Of a stretch of 41,439 bases of DNA, positions 1 to 8,353 are shown one piece after another (position 1 is the first letter of the stretch; each line of letters opens with the position of its first letter). The DNA comes from a virus (lineage: Duplodnaviria > Caudoviricetes), in the IMG/VR virus record IMGVR_UViG_3300048575_000492, positions 1 to 41,439 of that record. One strand, given 5' to 3'. Made by a program: the position numbers and the translations under genes. The notes beneath the pieces are model-generated. The model was not told the origin of the DNA. It made no database searches and was given only the letters and a program-made list of their open reading frames with translations.

Positions 1-1014
1 ATGGGTATCTACAAGTTCTGTGAAAATCGTTGGCTCAAATCGACGCTAGGCGGACGGTTCAGTTTCGGGCGATTGGCTTATTACCGGCTACTCGAACAGG
101 TCTTTGGAACGCCATTTATCGGCGACCGTTTAGAAGGTGCCACTGTTGTCAATAGCGGGCATTTCGCGACCCCCCTACGACCAGCTGATCTAGAAGCCCT
201 GCGAAGAGTGGGATTGGTGTTGCAGGGTCTCGATAATGTCGTAGTTAGAAATTCGACATTGCAGTCCAACATCGATTGCTTTGTCCTCTCACTCGCACAG
301 GGCGAACTCCCGGCGCTTGAACACGTATTTGGCGGCAATCTCGGTTATAGTTCCGGATATAATTGCAGTATCGAGATACTTGATCTGAACATCTTTATTC
401 ACCGTCTAGGCGAAACCTCCTTCCGTGGGAAACCTGTCAAGGAACAATTCGTTTTGCATTATGGGCCGGTAGAATATCGAGATGTAGAGTTCCTGGCATC
501 TGATGGAGAGCCGCCTCCTCCAAGCGTCTTTGTAAAGCGTCCATTCTTCAAAGAACAAAGTGAGTTTCGCATCGCTTTATTCCCGAAGGACCCAATTGAA
601 AAAGACCGTTTGATAATCGATATCGATCTGCCTGAAGGAGTCCTCATCGAACGCAGCTGTGGTCCTGACTCGGAACCTGTCGGCGAGTTAACCGCCGATG
701 AGGCCGAACAGAGGATTTCCGCCGCTGTCGAATGGTACGAAAAACTCCCCCGGTGCGACATCGGAGACTATTTGTCTCAATACGGGGATGATCGCAAACT
801 TGCCTATCAAATGTGTGGGAAAGCCCAGAGCGAATGTGATGAACGTGCGGAAATGGAGTTTTCCTCGGTCTATCGTCAGAGCGTTCTAGAAGCATATTGG
901 GAGCTGCGGAAAGTTCGTCCTCACCGGTATCTAGACATGATCTGCAATTCTGGTATTCGGTTCTCGAATCTGGGAATGTTCCAACTTTACCTACAACATG
1001 CGCTCCCAGACTAA
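1..1014 (+). CDS. Low-GC accessory (moron-like) protein, DUF2971/ADP-ribosyltransferase-like motifs; candidate defence gene
   Basis: 337-aa ORF, visibly more AT-rich than the phage core and convergent with the tail fibre gene. Motifs IYKF, CFVLS, GPVEY and FVKRPFFKEQSEFR. Function is inference. Confidence 0.6.
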   Translation: MGIYKFCENRWLKSTLGGRFSFGRLAYYRLLEQVFGTPFIGDRLEGATVVNSGHFATPLRPADLEALRRVGLVLQGLDNVVVRNSTLQSNIDCFVLSLAQGELPALEHVFGGNLGYSSGYNCSIEILDLNIFIHRLGETSFRGKPVKEQFVLHYGPVEYRDVEFLASDGEPPPPSVFVKRPFFKEQSEFRIALFPKDPIEKDRLIIDIDLPEGVLIERSCGPDSEPVGELTADEAEQRISAAVEWYEKLPRCDIGDYLSQYGDDRKLAYQMCGKAQSECDERAEMEFSSVYRQSVLEAYWELRKVRPHRYLDMICNSGIRFSNLGMFQLYLQHALPD

Positions 1015-1050
1015 ACCGAACACTGGTACCCACCCACAACCCATCGCTCG

Positions 1051-3621
1051 CTAGCTCAGCTGAACACTCGCCCACGTGCCTCCAGCACGGCGAATGTACA
1101 GCTTGTCGTTGGCACTGTTGAACACAGCCGTGCCTACAGGCGGCGCCACAGCAAAATCCGAGTCTGACGGAATGCCGGCCTTCACTGGAATGGATAGACC
1201 CGATGGGCTCGTTATTCCAGTCTGCCTATTGATGATCAACGCATCACCAAGGCTCGATCCATCGTCTGCACGACGTGTAATCACAAAATTTGACCCGGCA
1301 TTGCTCCCGCCCTCGGCATCGGCAGACTTCCCCAGCCACCAGCGGCCCAATGTGCCAGATCTGAAGCGGATCTGAGCTACATAACCGACGCCCGAAGCGA
1401 TCTGAGAAAGCGCGAAACCTGCCTTTTCCAAGAGCGTATCGCCAGACGATATCCAGCCGTTTAGGCGAGTGCCTTTCCGGGCAGTCTCACTGTCCGACCG
1501 GTCATCGCGAATGAACGTAGTGGTGGCGCCCGAACGCGTTGTATGGGTGTCGCCCTTGATCGACACATTGGAAGCGAACGTTGAGCGGATGCGAACGTGT
1601 TCCTGCAAGGCTGTGTCGAATTGCACATCCGTGAACTTCGCCTCGTCACCGGTGACGAGATCGACCAACCGGTCAGGGGTCTGCGCGGTTATGGCGCCGT
1701 TCGACAGGTGGCCGAGCATGCGGCCACCGACAAACGTTACTCCATTGACGGCATTCGCCCCTGCATCCCGAAGCTTTTCATAGAGCACATGCGGGCCAGA
1801 GCCGCCGTAAGTGAACGTGTTGACGGCAAAGACGCCTCGTACATTGCCGGCCCGGATAAGCGGACGGGATTTGACGCTCGTCGGATCGGTGCCGCCGGCT
1901 CCGGTCGCTTCGATATGCAGGTTGCTGATCTGAGTGAACTCAGCGAGGCAATCGGTATCGCCACCCCACGCCAAGTCGAGATCGATGCCACGGTTCCGCT
2001 CGAGATGAACGTTGACCAGTTGCGTCGTATTTGACACGTACTCCGCGTCTGGTCCATTTCCAGTAATGCGTAGCGCGGCGGCGTCCCAGATGCAGGTCTG
2101 GCCAGACACGGTTGTCGCAGCGGCCGCTTTCAGCAAAACAACGTGCGTCGAAACGAGCGAAGCAATGCACGTCTTGAGATCAGCTCCGGCAGTACCAGCC
2201 CCCGGCACCGTGATCGTCGCGCCAATGTCTTGGGCGCCGAAAGTAGTGGCCGCCGACGAAAATTGTCCAGACCCAGCCGTCATCGCTCCGTCAGTGCAGC
2301 TATTGGTATATCCGCACTCATCAAAATGCACATGGTCGAATAGCGTATTGGATAGGGCTTGCCCCAAAATGCCAAAACCGACGGCCCCCAGAAGACGCAT
2401 TCGGCTGAACGTAGCTTCCATGCCCCGCGTGATTTTAATCAGATGCCCGGGGAGTCGATCTCCGTCGAGAGTGACACCATCGAACTCGACACCTCGCCCA
2501 TGAATTGTCATGAGAGGACCGGTAAAACCAGCGACTCGTTTGAACAGTGCTGGGCGATCTGTTCCAAGAAACGATCCTTTGGCACCTCCACCGATCAAGC
2601 GAACTGGCTTTTGACCACTGGCCTTACTGGTGACTTCGATCGTCTCGCTTACGTCGATGATAGTTCCGGCCGGCACTTCGACGCATCCGCCTCTGGTGCG
2701 CACCGCGTCTAAAGCGTCCTGTACCTGAGTTGCCGTGCCAGGACTTGCTCCGGAGAGGTAATTGAAAAGGCTTACGCCACCGCTCTTCCCATCGATGGCT
2801 TGTCGTGTACGTAAGGGTGTCATGCCCTTGTTGTTCAGATCGGCGCTTTGCACTTGCTCCGGCGAGGCGATCACCAATCCAGTCGCATTTTCGAGAGCCT
2901 GTATAGCCGCTTCCTCGGCCAACCCCCGTTGAGTGGCCGATTCTACTGCAGCATTCTCAGCGTCGGATTTGGCCAAGGTTGCCACTTCTGCGGCATCCAA
3001 TGTGTCGCCCTTAGCAAGTAGGACGGCTGTCTTGGCGGCTAAAAGGAGATTGGCGACAGCGACGTCCGAAGTGAGCCGCAGCTCGGCACCCTCGCGCACC
3101 GCCACAACACGCCCGCCGGCGGGAAGGCCACCGGCCTCGACTTCAAGGCCGCTGTTTGTCTTGAGCGACAAAGCGGCTGCGCCGTTGAGGATTACCGTCA
3201 CGTTGCCGGTGTTGGTAACCGTGATCGGCATGGTCACCGTCATGCCATCGAGCACGGGCAAATTCGTCGTAAGGTGCAGCTCGTTCGCGGTCCCGCCCTC
3301 AGCCGCTTCCGCTTTAATGACGCCGTAGGGCAAGGGCAACGCCCACACCCACGCCGAGCCGCTGACCGCATAGATGCCGCGCTTGTTGGGATCCGGGTCG
3401 GCATAGACCCAGGGCGATTCCTGGGCGGTAATCGCCGGCAGGTCGGCAACCGTCTCGTAAAGCGTGGCCGTATAGGTGGCCACCCGCATCGGTTCGCTGG
3501 CAATCAGTTGTTTGGCCAGGTCGACCACGAGCTGGCGCGCGGTACCGCCGCCGGCATTGACCAGCAGGCTCTCGGACGTGGTGGCACGGGGAAGGTTCGG
3601 AGATTGAACGCCATTGTCCAT
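1051..3621 (-). CDS. Tail fibre/tailspike (receptor-binding protein) with a pectin-lyase-like beta-helix
   Basis: Last gene of the tail operon; start moved to MDNGVQ (ATG at 3621, just after the upstream stop). VQDALDA..GGCVEVPAG is a typical beta-helix entry motif, followed by G/N/T-rich strands and a C-terminal fibre-type motif (AVFNSANDKLYIR). Confidence 0.85.
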   Translation of the reverse strand: MDNGVQSPNLPRATTSESLLVNAGGGTARQLVVDLAKQLIASEPMRVATYTATLYETVADLPAITAQESPWVYADPDPNKRGIYAVSGSAWVWALPLPYGVIKAEAAEGGTANELHLTTNLPVLDGMTVTMPITVTNTGNVTVILNGAAALSLKTNSGLEVEAGGLPAGGRVVAVREGAELRLTSDVAVANLLLAAKTAVLLAKGDTLDAAEVATLAKSDAENAAVESATQRGLAEEAAIQALENATGLVIASPEQVQSADLNNKGMTPLRTRQAIDGKSGGVSLFNYLSGASPGTATQVQDALDAVRTRGGCVEVPAGTIIDVSETIEVTSKASGQKPVRLIGGGAKGSFLGTDRPALFKRVAGFTGPLMTIHGRGVEFDGVTLDGDRLPGHLIKITRGMEATFSRMRLLGAVGFGILGQALSNTLFDHVHFDECGYTNSCTDGAMTAGSGQFSSAATTFGAQDIGATITVPGAGTAGADLKTCIASLVSTHVVLLKAAAATTVSGQTCIWDAAALRITGNGPDAEYVSNTTQLVNVHLERNRGIDLDLAWGGDTDCLAEFTQISNLHIEATGAGGTDPTSVKSRPLIRAGNVRGVFAVNTFTYGGSGPHVLYEKLRDAGANAVNGVTFVGGRMLGHLSNGAITAQTPDRLVDLVTGDEAKFTDVQFDTALQEHVRIRSTFASNVSIKGDTHTTRSGATTTFIRDDRSDSETARKGTRLNGWISSGDTLLEKAGFALSQIASGVGYVAQIRFRSGTLGRWWLGKSADAEGGSNAGSNFVITRRADDGSSLGDALIINRQTGITSPSGLSIPVKAGIPSDSDFAVAPPVGTAVFNSANDKLYIRRAGGTWASVQLS

Positions 3622-3625
3622 GATG

Positions 3626-6600
3626 TCACCTGATGCTGACGGTGAAGGGGCCGGACGTCGGGCCAGCCAGACCGTCCGCGTTGATGGGTTCGAGCCAGAA
3701 GTAATGCGTGCCGCTCGCCAGGCAGGTCGCCGTCTCGACGAACACGACGACGTCGTCGATCGAGCCGTCGAAGTCGCTGTCGGCGACGAACTCGACGGCG
3801 GTATTGCCGGCAACGGCGGCGAGCCGGTCGGTGAACTGGCCATTGGCCGTCCGCGACGTACCCAGCACGGATGCGCCTCCCGTCAGGGCTGGCCTTACCG
3901 AGCCGGCGGTGCGGCCGGAGACGGTGTAGAGGATGCGGAAGGTCTTGCCGGCGACCAGGGCGAGCGGCTGGCCGATGCTGCCGGCATCGCCCGGCGTGTG
4001 CGTGGCGACACCGCCGGCGACGGCCCAATCCGAGCCATATGTCCACGCCGCGCCAGAGGCAAAATCGCCGCCGGCCACCATCGTCACTCGCGTGCTGTCG
4101 CCGATCGGCACCGAGTAGCTCTGCGACGGCAAAACCGCGCCGGGCACTCCGGCCGCGTCCGTCTCGCGATCGAGCGTCGACGACATGGAGCGGTAGATCT
4201 GCACCGATGCGGTGTTGGCATCGTCGGTCGTCGAGAACAACACCACGGCTCCGCCAAGCAAGGCCGCGATCGACACCGTGCTGTCGTCGAGGTCGGCCGG
4301 CGTCGGCAGATCGGCGCCGCCCACGGTGACCGTCACGACCGTCGTGTATGGCCCTGGCACGCCGGCGGGCGACACGGCGCGGCAGCGGAGCTGGACCGGG
4401 TTACCGCTGGCGTAGCCATCGAGATTGCAGCCACCGTCGACGGCGGCGAAGGAAACAGTGGTCCAGGCCGTCGAGCCCAGGAGCCGGTGCTGCAGCTGGA
4501 AGGTCTGACTCTCGATCGACCCGGAGCCGGGCTGAACCAAAACCGTGATCCGCCCGACAACCTCGGTGCCGTCGATACCCGTCTTGATCTTGGTGAAGCG
4601 CGGCGCCGGCGGCTCTCCGGTATTGTCGCCCACTTCCGATCCGGCCCGGCCGGACCATGGCGGCGGCAGTTCCTCATCGGTCAGCTCATCGATGATCGGC
4701 GCAGCGTCGACCAGGCGCAGCGCGCTCGACATTTCCTCTCCAGCCTCGATGCGGTTGAGCACCAGCGAGAAGGACTCGGTCAGCGCCTCGCCGAAGTGGG
4801 CGATATCGCCGATCGTGGGCACGGCGCCTTCGCCTTTGAGCAATACCGATCGGTGCTCGCCCGATATCGTCTCCACCTGGCGCAGAATGCTCGTGCCGAT
4901 CGTGTCGTCGACACCGTCGAACAACCTGAAACGGATGGCGTAGGCATGTCCGGCGACCATCCTGACGACATCGTCGAGAACCACCATTCGACCGCCGGCG
5001 ACCTCACGTACCCGCGCTGCCACCTGCGTGCGCTCGAGCACGTCGAAGCTGCCGATGACAAGATCGCCGCGTGTGGCGACGCGCGCCGGGCCATCCTGCA
5101 TGCAGGTATAGGTGTCCGGCCGATAGAGCGCCTCGTACATACGCCGACGGGCCTCGATCCAGATCTCGTCCGGATCGGTCTTGCCGGGCAGCTCTAGCTG
5201 CTCGGTCAGCGTGATGGGCCCGGAATGGCCAGGCCAGGGGATGAGGCGCTCGGCCTGTTTGTAGTCGTTGGTCGCGTCCTGGAATTTTACCCGGAAGCCG
5301 TGCGGCGGCTCGAAATAGGTGCGCGACCATTTGAAATCCCATGAGTTGCGCGGGCTGATGTGGTCGACGACCAGCGTCTGGGGTCGGTCGATGACGACGG
5401 ACCAGCGCTTGCCGTCGTGGCGAGGCGAAGCGCGACCCGCGCCGGCAATGTCTTCGAGCCGTTCGCGAAGCGTGCGATCGTCATCATGGGCCGCGTCGTA
5501 CTTCAGGCCCTTGAGCACACAGAATTCGTGCCAGTCGGCCAGCGCCTCGAGGTCGATCTCCGCGTCGGCGACCGGCCGAGGATTGGACGGTGACTGAAGG
5601 GTGTAGCGATAGATGGACGCTGGATTGCGCGTCTTCCTCGGTAGCCAGGCTTGCGTGGCGGCGTCCCAGTCCAGGCACCGTCTGTCGACCAGGCCGTTCA
5701 GATTGTCGAGCGTGCCATTGAGCTGATGGGTGCCTTTGACGCGCACCGACAGCAGCGCCAAAGGCCACGGGAAAGCGAGCGGGTATTCCGGCCGCAACGT
5801 CTGGAGGGCCAGCCAGTTCGACCGGGACTGGATCTGCGTCGAGGTGTGCTCCTCGGTCAGTCGGGTCAACTCGATCTCATAACGACCGCGTTCGGCGAAG
5901 TTCCAGGAATACTGCCGATATATCCCTTCGAACTTCCCGGCCGTGACGTTGAGCGTGGTGACCTCTTCCCAGTCGGTCGTGGTCGTGGCCGTTAGCCGGC
6001 GGCGATGCCGGATGCGGATCGAGACCGTGATGGCGCGCGTGCGGCCTTTCTTGTCGATGGTGCCGAGGCCGCTCGGAAAGCCCACGATCACGCTGCAGCC
6101 CGAGGCATCGGCGCCAGTCGTTCTGACGACCGGCGTTTCGACCGGATCGCCTGCGATGATGTTGCCGGCGTCGTCGCGGGGCAGCGGCCTCGTGAGCTCC
6201 GAGCCTACCGATTCCTCGATCCGCTGGTTGGGGTAGAGCGTCACCGCCTGATCGGATGACAGACCTTCGCGGATCTCGGTCTGTACCTCATCATAACTAT
6301 CGATCGACGTGTCGCCGATCCTGAGATCGCTGATCTCCAGGCCGTGGCTGCCGCCATAACCGAAGCAGAAAATGGCGCGGATATACTGGATATCGCCGAC
6401 GATCTCCGAGTAGGACCTCGCCGCGAACGGCGGGGCATAGCGCAAGCTCCCCACCACGTCGGGAATGACGCCATCCGGATCGTATCGGTTCTGCCACCCG
6501 GAAATGGTGTAGGTCTCGGACCTCTTGTTGTCCTTGCGCTTGGCTGGCGGGATCAGCGCATTGACGAGGAGCGAGCCCACCACCGTAACGCCGGCGCCGA

Positions 6601-6985
6601 TGATGCCGGCCCAGGCGCTGGCTCCCAGCCCCCAGGTCCCCGCCAGCGCCGGGCCCCACAACTGACCGAGGGCGATCGCGGCGATCGACACCACGATCAT
6701 CAGAACCGCCTTCAGGATGTCCTTGCCCGGAACGACGCGGATGACGACCCTGACACCGGGCTTCGGCCGAACCGCCGGCCAGCGCTGCCGCTCGACGACC
6801 GCCATGCCGGCGGGCGTGACCAGGGCGACGCGCATGTGCTGGAGGTCGCGCTCGGTGGCATCGGGCAAGGCCAGGGCCACGATCTGAGCAACGGTCAGGC
6901 CGGCGGGCATGTCGAGATCCAGGCGACCGGCGCCGGGGTCGATCAACGGTGCGGCGAGGACGGGGATGGTCGCCGAAGCGTTCAT
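3626..6985 (-). CDS. Central tail tip / host-specificity protein (lambda J-like, with an I-like N-terminus)
   Basis: 1119 aa after the NlpC/P60 gene; TipJ-like motifs (IPDVVG..RYAPP, TRNPA, FQDATNDY), FnIII-like and carbohydrate-binding-like C-terminal part. Confidence 0.85.
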   Translation of the reverse strand: MNASATIPVLAAPLIDPGAGRLDLDMPAGLTVAQIVALALPDATERDLQHMRVALVTPAGMAVVERQRWPAVRPKPGVRVVIRVVPGKDILKAVLMIVVSIAAIALGQLWGPALAGTWGLGASAWAGIIGAGVTVVGSLLVNALIPPAKRKDNKRSETYTISGWQNRYDPDGVIPDVVGSLRYAPPFAARSYSEIVGDIQYIRAIFCFGYGGSHGLEISDLRIGDTSIDSYDEVQTEIREGLSSDQAVTLYPNQRIEESVGSELTRPLPRDDAGNIIAGDPVETPVVRTTGADASGCSVIVGFPSGLGTIDKKGRTRAITVSIRIRHRRRLTATTTTDWEEVTTLNVTAGKFEGIYRQYSWNFAERGRYEIELTRLTEEHTSTQIQSRSNWLALQTLRPEYPLAFPWPLALLSVRVKGTHQLNGTLDNLNGLVDRRCLDWDAATQAWLPRKTRNPASIYRYTLQSPSNPRPVADAEIDLEALADWHEFCVLKGLKYDAAHDDDRTLRERLEDIAGAGRASPRHDGKRWSVVIDRPQTLVVDHISPRNSWDFKWSRTYFEPPHGFRVKFQDATNDYKQAERLIPWPGHSGPITLTEQLELPGKTDPDEIWIEARRRMYEALYRPDTYTCMQDGPARVATRGDLVIGSFDVLERTQVAARVREVAGGRMVVLDDVVRMVAGHAYAIRFRLFDGVDDTIGTSILRQVETISGEHRSVLLKGEGAVPTIGDIAHFGEALTESFSLVLNRIEAGEEMSSALRLVDAAPIIDELTDEELPPPWSGRAGSEVGDNTGEPPAPRFTKIKTGIDGTEVVGRITVLVQPGSGSIESQTFQLQHRLLGSTAWTTVSFAAVDGGCNLDGYASGNPVQLRCRAVSPAGVPGPYTTVVTVTVGGADLPTPADLDDSTVSIAALLGGAVVLFSTTDDANTASVQIYRSMSSTLDRETDAAGVPGAVLPSQSYSVPIGDSTRVTMVAGGDFASGAAWTYGSDWAVAGGVATHTPGDAGSIGQPLALVAGKTFRILYTVSGRTAGSVRPALTGGASVLGTSRTANGQFTDRLAAVAGNTAVEFVADSDFDGSIDDVVVFVETATCLASGTHYFWLEPINADGLAGPTSGPFTVSIR

Positions 6986-7422
6986 TCGGCACCCCCTGAA
7001 ACGCCGTTCGAAGCCGCTTTGACGTGGCGATAAATGCCGTTCAAACGGTGCGCCCAGGTGCCCGTCTCGAAACGCTCAAGCTTGGCGCAGTCGTCGGCCG
7101 TCACGTGCAGCATCAGGCCGCGATCGACGTAGATCCCGACATGGGTATCGAGCGCACCGCGCCGGAACAGCAGCACGTCGAACGGTTTCGCGTCGTAGAC
7201 ACGGCTCCACACCGGGTTGGAGCGCTCCGCGCCGACGAGCGCCGCCACTTCCGCCTGCTCCTCGGGCGAGGCATAGGCGCCGGCATAGTCCGGCAGCGTG
7301 ACATCGAGCTGCTCGGCATAGACAAGGACGACGAGGCCCCAGCAATTGCAGCCGCACCGATCGGCGCCGAAGGGCGCGAAGGGGATGCCGACGTAAGCGT
7401 TGGTCCAGCTCTTGACGATCAT
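6982..7422 (-). CDS. NlpC/P60 tail assembly protein (lambda K-like)
   Basis: YVGIPF..GCNCWGLV..HVGIY..MLH motifs; start moved to MIVKSW (ATG at 7422, overlapping the upstream stop). Confidence 0.88.
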   Translation of the reverse strand: MIVKSWTNAYVGIPFAPFGADRCGCNCWGLVVLVYAEQLDVTLPDYAGAYASPEEQAEVAALVGAERSNPVWSRVYDAKPFDVLLFRRGALDTHVGIYVDRGLMLHVTADDCAKLERFETGTWAHRLNGIYRHVKAASNGVSGGAE

Positions 7423-7934
7423 GCGAACAGCCCCGGAAAGAAGTCCTTGGTCATGCGATGGCCGGGCGACCACTCTTGCTCGATGTCCGCGCGGCTGATC
7501 TCGAGGCGCACTTCGGCTGCGTCGCCGTCGGCCGTCTTCATCTGCAGGCCGGTCCACTCGGCTTCGATCAGCGAGGGCGTCGCGGCCATCACCACCGCCA
7601 TCGCCACGGTGGCCGGTGTGGTGAAGCTCCGCAGCACCTTGGCAATGTCGTTGTCGACGTTCTCGAGGATGATGGTCGCGGCCGAAGGTGCGTCGTCGAG
7701 GTCGGACGGCACCAGCGTCGACGCGAGCACGAACAGGTAAGGCTCGGCGGCGTCCATCCAGCTCGACCGCGTACAATACATCAGCGGCTCGTCGGACAGC
7801 CGCTCGGTATTGTCGGTCGAAAACAGCACCGGCTCGTCGATGTCCGGATGGGTGATGTGTACCAGGACGACGTAGACCTCGTCGGTCGACTCCGCGTCTT
7901 GCGCCAGGCGGGCATTGAGCGAGACCCGTCTCAT
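7419..7934 (-). CDS. Tail tip protein (DUF1833 / lambda L-like)
   Basis: Position between the distal tail gene and NlpC/P60; LVHITHPD and IILENVD motifs; start MRRVSL at an ATGA overlap. Confidence 0.75.
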   Translation of the reverse strand: MRRVSLNARLAQDAESTDEVYVVLVHITHPDIDEPVLFSTDNTERLSDEPLMYCTRSSWMDAAEPYLFVLASTLVPSDLDDAPSAATIILENVDNDIAKVLRSFTTPATVAMAVVMAATPSLIEAEWTGLQMKTADGDAAEVRLEISRADIEQEWSPGHRMTKDFFPGLFA

Positions 7935-8353
7935 GGCATCACCGTTACAGAAAAGGACATGCGAAACTCGACGCCCTGGATGCTCTCCTTCGGCAGGTCG
8001 TCGCCAAAGAACACCAGCCATTGGCCGGAAAGCAGGATGGGCAAACCATCGGCCGTCAGCATCGGCCGGCCGGCGCCGTCGAGCAGCGCCCAGCCATCGG
8101 TCGTCGGGTCGGGCATGTAGAACGGCTTGGCGCCGAATGCGGTATCCTCCTCGTAAAACTGGTCGAACACGGCTTTGCCCGCGCGACTGACGACGATCGA
8201 CAACGCCACGGATTTGGGCACACCGGAGAAGCGGCGGCGATAGGCGGGCGGAGAGGCTTCGGCTTGCTTCTTGAACCTCGCCTCAAGCGGCGATCGCGAC
8301 CAGCTGTCGCGCTCCGGACGAGGCAAGGTGCTGGGCCAGGTCGGGATCGTCAT
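7931..8353 (-). CDS. Distal/minor tail protein (lambda M-like)
   Basis: 140 aa directly after the tape measure gene; WPSTLP..RRRFS..FYMPDP pattern typical of this position. Confidence 0.7.
   Translation of the reverse strand: MTIPTWPSTLPRPERDSWSRSPLEARFKKQAEASPPAYRRRFSGVPKSVALSIVVSRAGKAVFDQFYEEDTAFGAKPFYMPDPTTDGWALLDGAGRPMLTADGLPILLSGQWLVFFGDDLPKESIQGVEFRMSFSVTVMP

Noticed and set aside
3614-5197. 527-aa plus-strand ORF
   Set aside because: Antisense shadow of the tail tip gene; Arg/Gly/His-rich with no motifs, as expected in high-GC DNA.
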